Assembly: GCA_050181465.1 (NCBI GenBank)
Contig: JBFXDD010000002.1
Span: 117,320 to 181,319 of the forward strand
Reading direction: 5' to 3'
Source: Planctomycetota bacterium
GTDB lineage: Bacteria > Planctomycetota > UBA1135 > UBA2386
Length of the DNA: 64,000 nucleotides
The translations under genes were made by a program, and so were the position numbers. Shown here piece after piece: positions 54,114-62,708 of the stretch. A model generated the notes under the pieces. That model saw nothing but the letters and a program-made list of their open reading frames with translations, searched no databases and was not told where the DNA came from. Position 1 is the first letter of the stretch, and each line of letters opens with the position of its first letter.

Positions 54114-55571
54114 TCAGAGCAGCGGGATGAGGATCGGCGAGGGCCGGATGTCCCCTTCGTTGCGACCGATGTTCGTCGGAAGACCCGCATCGTCGACATA
54201 CGTGGCTCGCGCGGCATCGAAGTAGCCACGCCAAGCGAGGTAGCGCTGCTTCTGTGCGCCGGTCAGGCGAGCGCCGTTCTGGACGACGTGCACATGGTCG
54301 TCGAGGATTGTGTTCGTGCCGTCCTGGTTGGCCCCGATGGGGGTGACGAACTGAACGATACCCATGCCGCCGAGGCCGCCGACGGGTCGAGAGGGCCAGT
54401 TGAAGCCGACCCGGTCGTACTTCGAACGGATCTCGCTTCCCCCGAATACCCCCTGCAAGCCGGCTCCGCCGTCGGCCGACACCGCAAAGGAGAAATCGTT
54501 GTTGGCGTAGGTCTCGCCGTGGGCGACGAACTCGATGCCGGTCGAAGATCCGACGATGACGAGTCCGCCGGAGCCGCCGCCGCCGCCGCCGCCGTGAGTG
54601 TTGCCGCCGGCCTGCTCACCGCCGCCGCCGTTGCCGCCATCGGCATCGATTCGGCCATCTCCACCGATGTGCACGAGCCCGGCCGCGAAGAGGATGACGA
54701 CTCCGCCGCCCGCCCCGCCGCCGCCGCCCTTGGCGTCGTTGTGGAAGTTCGGGTCGAGGATCGTGCAGCCCTGCCACGACAAGTCACCACCACCGCCGCC
54801 GCCTTGGCCGCCGATCAGGGCACTCAGTTCCCCTCGTACCAGGCTTCGGCGGAACACGTTGACGCCGGTGCCGAGGAAATCATTGTCGGGAATGCCGTCG
54901 ACGAAGACCGCGCTTCCGGGCGCTCCCCCCGGCAGGCTCACGGACGATGAAGTGCATCCCGAGCCGCCGACGCCGAGCTGCTGGATGTTCGCGGTGCCGT
55001 TGGAAAGCACGAGGTAATGAGGGTCGCCTGCGGTTGCGAAACTGCCGCCACCTCCGGCTGAACCTCGCCCGCAATTCTGGGCGCAGGACAGGAGCCCGGG
55101 GAATCCGCCCAAGTTCTGGCTGTTGGCGAAAGACCAACCCTGCTGACCGCTCGGGCTTCGACTGACCGATGAGGGACTGCCCATTCCGCCGTCGCTCCCG
55201 CCGCACACCGCTCGTCCGCCGATGGATGGAAAGTTGGCGGAGTTGAGCGTGTCGACGCGCTGGCCGTCGCCGCCCCGCACCGAGAGTTCGCCGTCGATCG
55301 TCACCGATCCGGTGGCGAGGATGATCAGTGGATTCGGGCCGCTGCCGCGCACCCGGACTCCGGCGGGGATCACCACGTTGCGAAACTGGTAGATGCCGCC
55401 GGCGACCTGGACCGGGCCGCACGACGTGTGGACCACGCCGAACGAGGTGTTCAGCACCACTTCCGGCGCGGTAGGGAGGAAGTCGCAGACTGCCTGCGCG
55501 CTCAGGGTCGCGCCGCACAGAAGCGTTGCGGTCAGCGGTTGCAGAATTCTGGACGGAAGTTTGGTTCTCAT
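54114..55571 (-). CDS. secreted glycine-rich, probably beta-helical repeat protein
   Basis: A signal peptide MRTKLPSRILQPLTATLLCGATLSAQA is present. Repeated hydrophobic-strand and poly-Gly turn units occur (GGQGGGGGGDLSW, KGGGGGAGGGVVILFAAGLVHIGGDGRIDADGGNGGGGEQAGGNTHGGGGGGGSGGLVIVGS). Confidence 0.6.
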   Translation of the reverse strand: MRTKLPSRILQPLTATLLCGATLSAQAVCDFLPTAPEVVLNTSFGVVHTSCGPVQVAGGIYQFRNVVIPAGVRVRGSGPNPLIILATGSVTIDGELSVRGGDGQRVDTLNSANFPSIGGRAVCGGSDGGMGSPSSVSRSPSGQQGWSFANSQNLGGFPGLLSCAQNCGRGSAGGGGSFATAGDPHYLVLSNGTANIQQLGVGGSGCTSSSVSLPGGAPGSAVFVDGIPDNDFLGTGVNVFRRSLVRGELSALIGGQGGGGGGDLSWQGCTILDPNFHNDAKGGGGGAGGGVVILFAAGLVHIGGDGRIDADGGNGGGGEQAGGNTHGGGGGGGSGGLVIVGSSTGIEFVAHGETYANNDFSFAVSADGGAGLQGVFGGSEIRSKYDRVGFNWPSRPVGGLGGMGIVQFVTPIGANQDGTNTILDDHVHVVQNGARLTGAQKQRYLAWRGYFDAARATYVDDAGLPTNIGRNEGDIRPSPILIPLL

Positions 55572-55681
55572 CTGGGGCTTCAGTTGGCTGGTAGGCATTG
55601 ATTCGGGGCGGGTGGCATATCCCCGCGCCGAGCGGGCGTAACGCCGCGCCCGAGGTTCCGATGCGGTATCCTCTTTCAGCG

Positions 55682-56191
55682 ATGAACCTCCGCGATCAGC
55701 TCGAGAAGGCCAAACTGCTGTCGAAGAAGGACGCCAAGCGCCTCGCACACGAGGAGCGCGTGCATCGCAAGGAAGTCGGTCGTGAGGGCATCGAGGCCGA
55801 GAAGTCCGCGCGAGAATCAGAGCTCGTGGCTGCTCGGGAACAGCAGCGACTCACCGATGCCGAACGGCAGAAAGTGATCGAGGCCGAACGCAAGCGCGCG
55901 GAAGAACTCGCCGCGTGCGAGGCCATCTTGGACACCGAGGTGCGCGCACCGTCGCGTGGTGCGCCTTGGTATTTCGAACTCTCCGACGGTCGCGTGCCCC
56001 ACCTCCGGGTGGACGACTCCGATCGTCACAAGCTCGTGCTCGGCAACGTGTGTGTCGTGCGCCGCACCACGGCGGACTCGCATTCGTACGGCCTGCTTCC
56101 GACCCCGCTCGCGCAGCGGGTCGCCAAGATGCTGCCCGAGCGGGTCGTGTGGTCCGCTCCGCCTGCGAACCTGAATTCGGCGCGCGTCTGA
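55682..56191 (+). CDS. DUF2058-like protein
   Basis: MNLRDQLEKAKLLSKKDAKRLAHEER is followed by a Lys/Glu/Arg-rich helical stretch and then a small C-terminal domain. This layout matches the DUF2058 (YaiL-like) family as I remember it. Confidence 0.65.
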   Translation: MNLRDQLEKAKLLSKKDAKRLAHEERVHRKEVGREGIEAEKSARESELVAAREQQRLTDAERQKVIEAERKRAEELAACEAILDTEVRAPSRGAPWYFELSDGRVPHLRVDDSDRHKLVLGNVCVVRRTTADSHSYGLLPTPLAQRVAKMLPERVVWSAPPANLNSARV

Positions 56192-56207
56192 GTCGGTTCG
56201 ATCCCGC

Positions 56208-58328
56208 TCAGAACTCGATCAGTGCCTCGTCGACCGCGATCGCGGCGCGACGCGAGAACTCCAGGCGACCACGCGCATCGACACCGATCAGACGCACGAC
56301 GAGCTCATCACCGATCGCGAACTCACGGTCGGGCTCGCGTCGGTTCTCGAAGAGTTCGTCGCGACCGACGAGCCCTTCGACGACCTCGTTGATCCGCACG
56401 AAGATTCCGAAGCTCTCGACGCGCGTGACCAGCCCCTGGTAGTAGCCGCCTCGGCGCGGCACTCCGCACACCTTGCCGACCATTCGCAGGGCCTTCTTCG
56501 CGGCTTCCTCGGCAGCGGCATAGATGCGCACGACGCCTTCGTCGTCGACGTTGATCGACGCACCGGTTGCGGCGCCGATGCCCTTGATGGTCTGGCCCCG
56601 CGGACCGATGAGCACGGCTACGGAGTCGGGCATGATCGTGGTGCGGATCACGCGTGGCGCGCGCGGCGCGAGGGTTTCGCGCGGTGCGGCCAGGACCGTC
56701 TTCATCGCGGCGAGCACGTGAAGTCGCCCCCGTCGCGCCTGCTCGAGCGCCTGCGCCAACTGCTCGGTCGAGAGTCCGCCGACCTTGTTGTCGAGTTGGA
56801 GTGCCGTCACTCCGAGCTCGGTGCCGACGACCTTGAAATCCATGTCCCCGAGGTGGTCTTCGTCACCGAGGATGTCGGTCAAGACGGCCGTGCGTTCGCC
56901 GTCGGTGACGAGTCCCATCGCGATCCCGGCGACCGGTCGCGTGATGGGCACGCCGCACTGCATGAGAGCGAGACAGCCGCCGCACACCGTCGCCATCGAC
57001 GAACTGCCGTTGCTCTCGGTGATCTCCGACTCGATGCGGATGGTGTAGGGGAACTCTTCGAAGCGGGGCAACACCGCGAGCAGGCCGCGCCGTGCGAGTG
57101 CGCCGTGACCGATCTCGCGACGGCCCGGTCCACGCAGCGGTCGGGCCTCATTGACGCTGTACGGCGGGAAGTTGTAGTGGAGGATGAAGGGATCGGTGAC
57201 CGAACCACCGAGGGTGTCGGTCCGCAGCGCTTCCTCGGCAGTTCCCAACGTGCATGTCACGAGCGCTTGCGTTTCCCCACGCGTGAACAGCGCGGAACCA
57301 TGAGCTCGTGGCAGCAGCCCGACTTCGCCGCTGATCGGGCGCACGTCATCGAATCCGCGACCATCGAGGCGATGGCCCTCGGCGAGGATCGCCTCGCGCA
57401 CGAAGGTGTACTTCGCCTCTTCGAAGGCCGCTGCGAGCGACTTGCTCTGCTCGGGAGCGGCACTCGCAAGCAGTTCCGCCTTGGCCGTGGCGATCGCGCG
57501 GAGCCGCGCGGCCTTCTGCGTTTGCATCAGCGCCGCTCGGAGTGACTGCGCGGTCGATTCCGGCAGACTCGGCAGCGTCGGCGGAGTGGGGGACGGCAAC
57601 TTGTCGATCGCACCGACCTCGGCGATGCGAGCCTCGACGAGCTGGCTGATCGCCTTCTGAAGTCGTGCGATCCACTCGCCGGCCTGGGCGAGCGCCGCCA
57701 TGCAGGTCGCCTCGTCGACCTCCCGCGCGCCGCCCTCGACCATCACCAAACCGTCGGGACCTGCACTGACCACGAAGTCGAGTTCTGCGGCGTCGCGCCG
57801 CATCAGCGGTGGGAAGGGCGTGAAGCCGTCGCCGACCTTGACCAGCCGGATCCCCGCCGCCGGACCCTTGGCGGGTGCCGGGCTGAGCGCGAGCGCTGCG
57901 GTGGCGCCGACGATGGCGAGTGTCGACAGATCCGCGGCCGGGTCCGCGGACAGCACGATGACCTGCACCTGAACTTCGTTGGTGAAGCCGTCGGGGAAGA
58001 GGGAGCGGATCGAGCGATCGACCAGCCGGCTCACGAGCACCTCGTGGTCGCTGATGCGTCCCTCACGGCGACCGTAGGCACCGGGGATTCGCCCCGCGGC
58101 CGCCAGCTTCTCGCGATACTCGACCGTCAGGGGGAAGAAGTCGACGCCCTCGCGAGCCCCGCCGAGTACCAGAGTCGTGAGCAGCACGTTGTCGCCGCTG
58201 GAGACGACGACCGCCGCCGATGCCAAGCGCGCGATTTTGCCGGTCTCCAGCGTGAGGGTCGTGCCGGCGATGGTGAGAGAGACCGAAGCCACGCGCGGAT
58301 GCTCGCCGCCCGCGCGCGCGCAAGCCAA
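56208..58328 (-). CDS. pnp: polyribonucleotide nucleotidyltransferase (PNPase)
   Basis: Two RNase PH domains are present (LETGKIARLA..., FPPYSVNEARPLRGPGRREIGHGALA). The KH motif is IGPRGQTIKGI and the S1 domain is YQGLVTRVESFGIFVRI. The start is a TTG at 58328 or a GTG at 58292. Confidence 0.92.
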   Translation of the reverse strand: MACARAGGEHPRVASVSLTIAGTTLTLETGKIARLASAAVVVSSGDNVLLTTLVLGGAREGVDFFPLTVEYREKLAAAGRIPGAYGRREGRISDHEVLVSRLVDRSIRSLFPDGFTNEVQVQVIVLSADPAADLSTLAIVGATAALALSPAPAKGPAAGIRLVKVGDGFTPFPPLMRRDAAELDFVVSAGPDGLVMVEGGAREVDEATCMAALAQAGEWIARLQKAISQLVEARIAEVGAIDKLPSPTPPTLPSLPESTAQSLRAALMQTQKAARLRAIATAKAELLASAAPEQSKSLAAAFEEAKYTFVREAILAEGHRLDGRGFDDVRPISGEVGLLPRAHGSALFTRGETQALVTCTLGTAEEALRTDTLGGSVTDPFILHYNFPPYSVNEARPLRGPGRREIGHGALARRGLLAVLPRFEEFPYTIRIESEITESNGSSSMATVCGGCLALMQCGVPITRPVAGIAMGLVTDGERTAVLTDILGDEDHLGDMDFKVVGTELGVTALQLDNKVGGLSTEQLAQALEQARRGRLHVLAAMKTVLAAPRETLAPRAPRVIRTTIMPDSVAVLIGPRGQTIKGIGAATGASINVDDEGVVRIYAAAEEAAKKALRMVGKVCGVPRRGGYYQGLVTRVESFGIFVRINEVVEGLVGRDELFENRREPDREFAIGDELVVRLIGVDARGRLEFSRRAAIAVDEALIEF

Positions 58329-58346
58329 CGCTTTTCGCGGTGCCGC

Positions 58347-59066
58347 TCAGGCGCGGTCGCGATGGCCTTCGGCGAAGCAGGCCGGCGGTCGACGCAGGCG
58401 ACCGAGGTGGCGACCGAGTTCGGCGAAGAGGCGCTTGCGGGCGCGCATGATGCGGATGCCCACGGTTCCCGCCGGCAATCCGAGTTGCTGGCTGGCCTCC
58501 TGATAGGAGACTCCATCGCGCACACAGAGGTTGAAAACGGTGCGGTAGTGCTCGGGGAGCTCTTCGACGGCGCGGCGGAAGGCACCCATCAGTTCTTCCT
58601 CCTCGACTGCGCTCTGGTCACGGTGCTCGACCAAGCTCGCCAGCGGATCGTCGCGACCTTCGTCGAGGTGGAGACTGCTGATCGGACGCGGCCGACGTCG
58701 TGCGTTGCGCAGTGCCGTGAGAGCCTGGTTGCGAGCGATCTCGAAGATCCAGGCGCGGAAGTTGGTGCCGAGCGTGTAACCGTCGTTGCGCAGGAAGACC
58801 TTCTCGAAGACTTCGTGCGTGACCTCGGTCGTCAGCCAAGGATCGCGCACCAAGCCGCGCACGAAGTGCTGCACGCGACGACCGTAGCGATCCTGGAGGG
58901 TGCGGATCACGAAGTCGGCTTCGCCGGCCCGAAGGCGCTCGATCAACTCGTCATCGGTCGGCTCGTCACAACCCGCGGCCGCCTCCGGCGACACTTGGGG
59001 AACCCGGCTGGTATCAGCGGGCCAGTCTTGGATGTCGAACTTCGAAGCGAGCGCCGACATGGTCAT
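58347..59066 (-). CDS. ECF-type RNA polymerase sigma factor
   Basis: Region 2 reads VTHEVFEKVF...FRAWIFEIARNQALTALR. Region 4 reads VSYQEASQQLGLPAGTVGIRIMRARKRL. The gene lies 19-55 bp upstream of pnp. Confidence 0.85.
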   Translation of the reverse strand: MTMSALASKFDIQDWPADTSRVPQVSPEAAAGCDEPTDDELIERLRAGEADFVIRTLQDRYGRRVQHFVRGLVRDPWLTTEVTHEVFEKVFLRNDGYTLGTNFRAWIFEIARNQALTALRNARRRPRPISSLHLDEGRDDPLASLVEHRDQSAVEEEELMGAFRRAVEELPEHYRTVFNLCVRDGVSYQEASQQLGLPAGTVGIRIMRARKRLFAELGRHLGRLRRPPACFAEGHRDRA

Positions 59067-59252
59067 GTCATCGTCACAAGCAAGTCTCGTGCCGGTGACT
59101 CATCGAGCGCTGTCGACAGACGCTAGTTCATTCTCGCCAGAGACTTAGGGCAATACCGCAAGCCGCAATTGGCAGTGGTGCCAACTTCAATAGGCACCCG
59201 CGCGCCCACCGCGGTTGGCGGCGAACTCGGCTCGCTCCAGGCCCACAATCCC

Positions 59253-60236
59253 TCAGACGGGAAACAATTGCGCGCCGCCATCGAGGGCCGCGTCGAGCAG
59301 TGCCAGGTTGCGGGCGAGGTTCTGATCGTCGATGCCAAACTTGAGCCTGCCGAAGCGGAGCCGCCGCATCGCCAGGTAGACGATCGCCGAGCGGATGCCC
59401 CACTCGGACTTGATGCGGTCGGAGCCCCATCGGGTGCCGAACCAACGCTCGAGCAGCGATCGCTTCCACTCGTTGCCGCGCGTGCTGTGGATCCAGAGCC
59501 ACGCGAAGTCATGGTCCTCGTTGCCCGTGCCGATCCGCTCGAAGTCGATCAGGAAGGGATTGCCCTCGGCATCGACGAGGATGTTCTGCTCGGTGAAGTC
59601 GCCGTGGACCACGACCGGCAGTCGGGTCTCGGTCCAGCGGACCGCTTCATCGAAGAAGTCGAGGGCGCGGCGCCAACGTCGTTGTCCGATGACCGACAGC
59701 AGCGGGTCGTACATCAGTCGCACTCGCTCGACGTAACTGACCACATCCCAGTGATTGAGCGGGAAGTCACGCCGCCCGAGCATCGACTCGGCGCGCAGCG
59801 ACCGAAGCGCGTCCATCACCGTCATCACTTGGTCGATACCGAGCGATTCCTCGCTCGGGCCGGGCGCGCCGACGATCCACTCGAGCAGGATCCAGCGCGG
59901 GGGATCGAGCGGGTCGAGAAGGACGGTGCGAGGTGCGGGGATGTCGCGGCGATCGGGGTCGACGCCGTCCAGGTAGCGGTAGAAGGCGCACTCCCGACGG
60001 GGAAAGTCGTCCAGTCGAACTTCGGGCGGGTAGAAGCGCGCGTCGTCGGGGCGCACGAACTGCTTCAGCACGAACTCGCGACCGGTTGGCCCGCGGCATG
60101 GCAACAGCAGCGACGAATGATGGCCCGACAGCGGACGCAGTCGCACGGCCTCGTTCACGACGAGACCCAGTTCGTCCAGGGTGGCGCGGGCTGCGATCAA
60201 GGCCTCTTGCTCCGCGGTGGTCGTTGGTTCGTTCAT
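59253..60236 (-). CDS. aminoglycoside-phosphotransferase-fold (APH/ChoK-like) kinase
   Basis: The catalytic/Mg region reads VVVHGDFTEQNILVDAEGNPFLIDFERIGTGNEDHDFAWLW. The internal ATG at 60236 avoids overlap with the upstream cytochrome gene. Confidence 0.75.
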   Translation of the reverse strand: MNEPTTTAEQEALIAARATLDELGLVVNEAVRLRPLSGHHSSLLLPCRGPTGREFVLKQFVRPDDARFYPPEVRLDDFPRRECAFYRYLDGVDPDRRDIPAPRTVLLDPLDPPRWILLEWIVGAPGPSEESLGIDQVMTVMDALRSLRAESMLGRRDFPLNHWDVVSYVERVRLMYDPLLSVIGQRRWRRALDFFDEAVRWTETRLPVVVHGDFTEQNILVDAEGNPFLIDFERIGTGNEDHDFAWLWIHSTRGNEWKRSLLERWFGTRWGSDRIKSEWGIRSAIVYLAMRRLRFGRLKFGIDDQNLARNLALLDAALDGGAQLFPV

Positions 60237-60294
60237 GCCGGGGACCGGGACTGGGGCCCGCGCGAGATGCGCGTCGCGCCCGCGCGCACAGACC

Positions 60295-61245
60295 TCACCA
60301 GGAGAAGTCCAACTCCTCGAGCAGGCTTTCGGAATCCAGGAATCGATGCACGATACGAACTTTCGCCGCGATTGCACCCGCCGCCCGCGGCCAGGCGAAG
60401 CGACGAGTCTCGTCGACATAGAGGAGGTTCTCGGCATCGATGACGACGTTCCGGCGATCGACCACGCGTTGGCTGTCGAGAGACTCGACGGTGAACTCGA
60501 AGGCGCGCCCGACCAGTCCCGGCACGCGATGGCCCGCGCGGTTGGCGATCGTCAATCGGAGTTCCTCAGCGGTCGCGGTCACCTCGACTTCGAACGCGGA
60601 TGCCGCGAACTCCGCATCACCGGGGCCCAGCAGTTCGTGTCGTCGGCCCTCGCGAATCGTTGGGGTCGGCTGCCCCGTTCGAGGGTCGTTGGCGATCGGT
60701 CGTTCGACGTGAGGCATGTGGCAGCGCACGCAACCCTTGCCGGCCCGCGCGGCGGCGGACTTCGCGTGGTCGCGGGCCAGCGGGAGCACCGGGCCGATGC
60801 GCAGGTCGTGACAGCCGGCGCACAGCCGTGAGGACGACGCTTCGCGAAAGAGCGGATCGCCGTCGGGGGCGTGGCCGTCTGCGCCCGAGCCGAAGGGACC
60901 GTGCACTTGTCCGCGGTGGACGTGGCAGGCCGCGCAGTCGACCCCGTGGTTGCGATCGGCTTCGCGCACGCGCGGTGGGCGACCCAGCCGCTCGTGCACG
61001 GAGACCGGCGCGTGGCATCCCATGCACCGCTCGGGAGACTTGGTGCGGGCGAGTTCCGCTTGCCAATGCTCGTCGACGAAGGCCCGCGCGTGGGCGCTCT
61101 CGCGCCATTCCGTCGCGATGTTGCGGTGGCAATCCGCGCACTTGCCGGCCGTCGGTGAGCAGGCGGCAGACAGGGTCGCCGGCTCCGTAGGCGCTCCCAG
61201 CCACGCGGCCATCGCCAGGATCGAGAGCACCGCCAGCGCGCGCAT
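60295..61245 (-). CDS. pentaheme c-type cytochrome with a non-heme C-terminal domain
   Basis: A signal peptide MRALAVLSILAMAAWLGAP is present. There are five CxxCH motifs: CADCH, CMGCH, CAACH, CAGCH and CVRCH. Confidence 0.85.
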   Translation of the reverse strand: MRALAVLSILAMAAWLGAPTEPATLSAACSPTAGKCADCHRNIATEWRESAHARAFVDEHWQAELARTKSPERCMGCHAPVSVHERLGRPPRVREADRNHGVDCAACHVHRGQVHGPFGSGADGHAPDGDPLFREASSSRLCAGCHDLRIGPVLPLARDHAKSAAARAGKGCVRCHMPHVERPIANDPRTGQPTPTIREGRRHELLGPGDAEFAASAFEVEVTATAEELRLTIANRAGHRVPGLVGRAFEFTVESLDSQRVVDRRNVVIDAENLLYVDETRRFAWPRAAGAIAAKVRIVHRFLDSESLLEELDFSW

Positions 61246-61495
61246 CAGCGCAGTGTTGCAATCTTCGACGCTGCGCTCAACCCGCAGCGTGAGGCGAAGA
61301 CCTTGGTCGTGTGACGCCCATGGTCTCGCGAGATCGCCGCAAGACGGCCACCATTCGACCTTTGGCTCAAGCGCGGGCTACGGCACCGACGAAATTCCGG
61401 GTTACACCGTCGTGTCGCGAATCGATCCCACAGACCCTGGAGCCGACCGAAACGTCGAAGACCTCGCGCTCGACGTCGCTGCCGTGATCACGGCG

Positions 61496-62698
61496 ATGGC
61501 GCGAGGTGAGGGAGAGCTGGCGGAAGCAGACCTCACGCACCTCTTGGCGCGAACCCGGGAAGTCTTCCAGCGGAAGAAGGAGATGTCGGGGACGAAGAGC
61601 GACACCTTCGCGCTCGTCGCCGAGCATCTGTTCTCGCGGGTGCGCCGCGCGCTCCGGACCTTCCTCCGCTCCGCGGACCAGAAGAGTGAAGTACGACAAG
61701 CCGAGTGGGTGCTCGGTGCCGTCATCGGTCAGGCCGCGCTTGGCGAACTCGCGGCAGCCTTCGATCGAACGATGTTGGCGTCGTCCGGCCCGCAGGACTA
61801 CAGCTTCGCGGGTCGAGCGGACTTCATCGCCATCGAGGAAGTGCTCCAGATGTTGGGCTCCGGCAAGCACACCGGCTGCCTCAGCCTCGAGAAGCACGAC
61901 AACCGGCTCGATATCTTCATCCAGCGCGGTGTGATCGCCTTCCTCGATCCGCACGCGGTCGTTCGCCGCGTTCTGCCGGGGGCGACGCCGATGGAATACC
62001 GCGAGATCGGCGCCGACCTGCTTGCGCGGGCACAGGTCCGCCATCGGGAGGAGGGCACTCCGACCGTGCTGACGCTGCACGAAGCCGGAGTGTTCCGTGG
62101 CGCAGAGCTGCGCGGTGTCGTCCGTCAACTCGGTGGCGAAGTGCTGTTCGACTTCTTGCGAGCGCAGGAAGAAAGCTACTTCTCGTACCGCAAGCTCGAC
62201 ACGCTGCCCGACTTCGCGCTGGCATACGACCTGCGACTCGGGATCACGCCGATCCTTCTCGAGACGACCAAGCGACTCGACGACTGGCGTACGCTCCGGT
62301 CGGTGTTTCCCGACCCGCGGGCTGCGATCAAGCCGATGCCGGACATGCTCGCACGCATCGCCTCCCTCACGCTGGGCGTCGTCGAGATCAAGCTGTTGAC
62401 CATGATCGACGGCGAGAACTCGCCCGAGAAGCTGGCCCAAGCGATCGGACTGCCGATCACCGACGTCTATCAGCTGCTGGTGCAACTCGCGCGCGAGGGT
62501 GCCATCGAAGCTGCCGGACGCTTCGAAGGGATCGATCACGCCGTGCACAACGTCCAAGACTCCTTGCAGGCGGCCTTCGACGCGCTCGACGCGAACGACG
62601 ATGTCCTCGCGGTCGAGAGTGCCCTCGATCGCGTGCTCGGCGGCGACCTGGGGGCCGGGCCGCGCAGCGGCGCCAACTCGCGGTTCCACCTGCGCTGA
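61496..62698 (+). CDS. DUF4388-domain protein
   Basis: GRADFIAIEEVLQMLGSGKHTGCLSLEKHDNRLDIFIQRGVIAFLD matches the DUF4388 (PatA-N-like) pattern. The start is an ATG at 61496 or a GTG at 61412. The upstream part of ORF 60950.. overlaps the cytochrome gene. Confidence 0.6.
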   Translation: MARGEGELAEADLTHLLARTREVFQRKKEMSGTKSDTFALVAEHLFSRVRRALRTFLRSADQKSEVRQAEWVLGAVIGQAALGELAAAFDRTMLASSGPQDYSFAGRADFIAIEEVLQMLGSGKHTGCLSLEKHDNRLDIFIQRGVIAFLDPHAVVRRVLPGATPMEYREIGADLLARAQVRHREEGTPTVLTLHEAGVFRGAELRGVVRQLGGEVLFDFLRAQEESYFSYRKLDTLPDFALAYDLRLGITPILLETTKRLDDWRTLRSVFPDPRAAIKPMPDMLARIASLTLGVVEIKLLTMIDGENSPEKLAQAIGLPITDVYQLLVQLAREGAIEAAGRFEGIDHAVHNVQDSLQAAFDALDANDDVLAVESALDRVLGGDLGAGPRSGANSRFHLR

Positions 62699-62708
62699 GT
62701 CTCGACGA

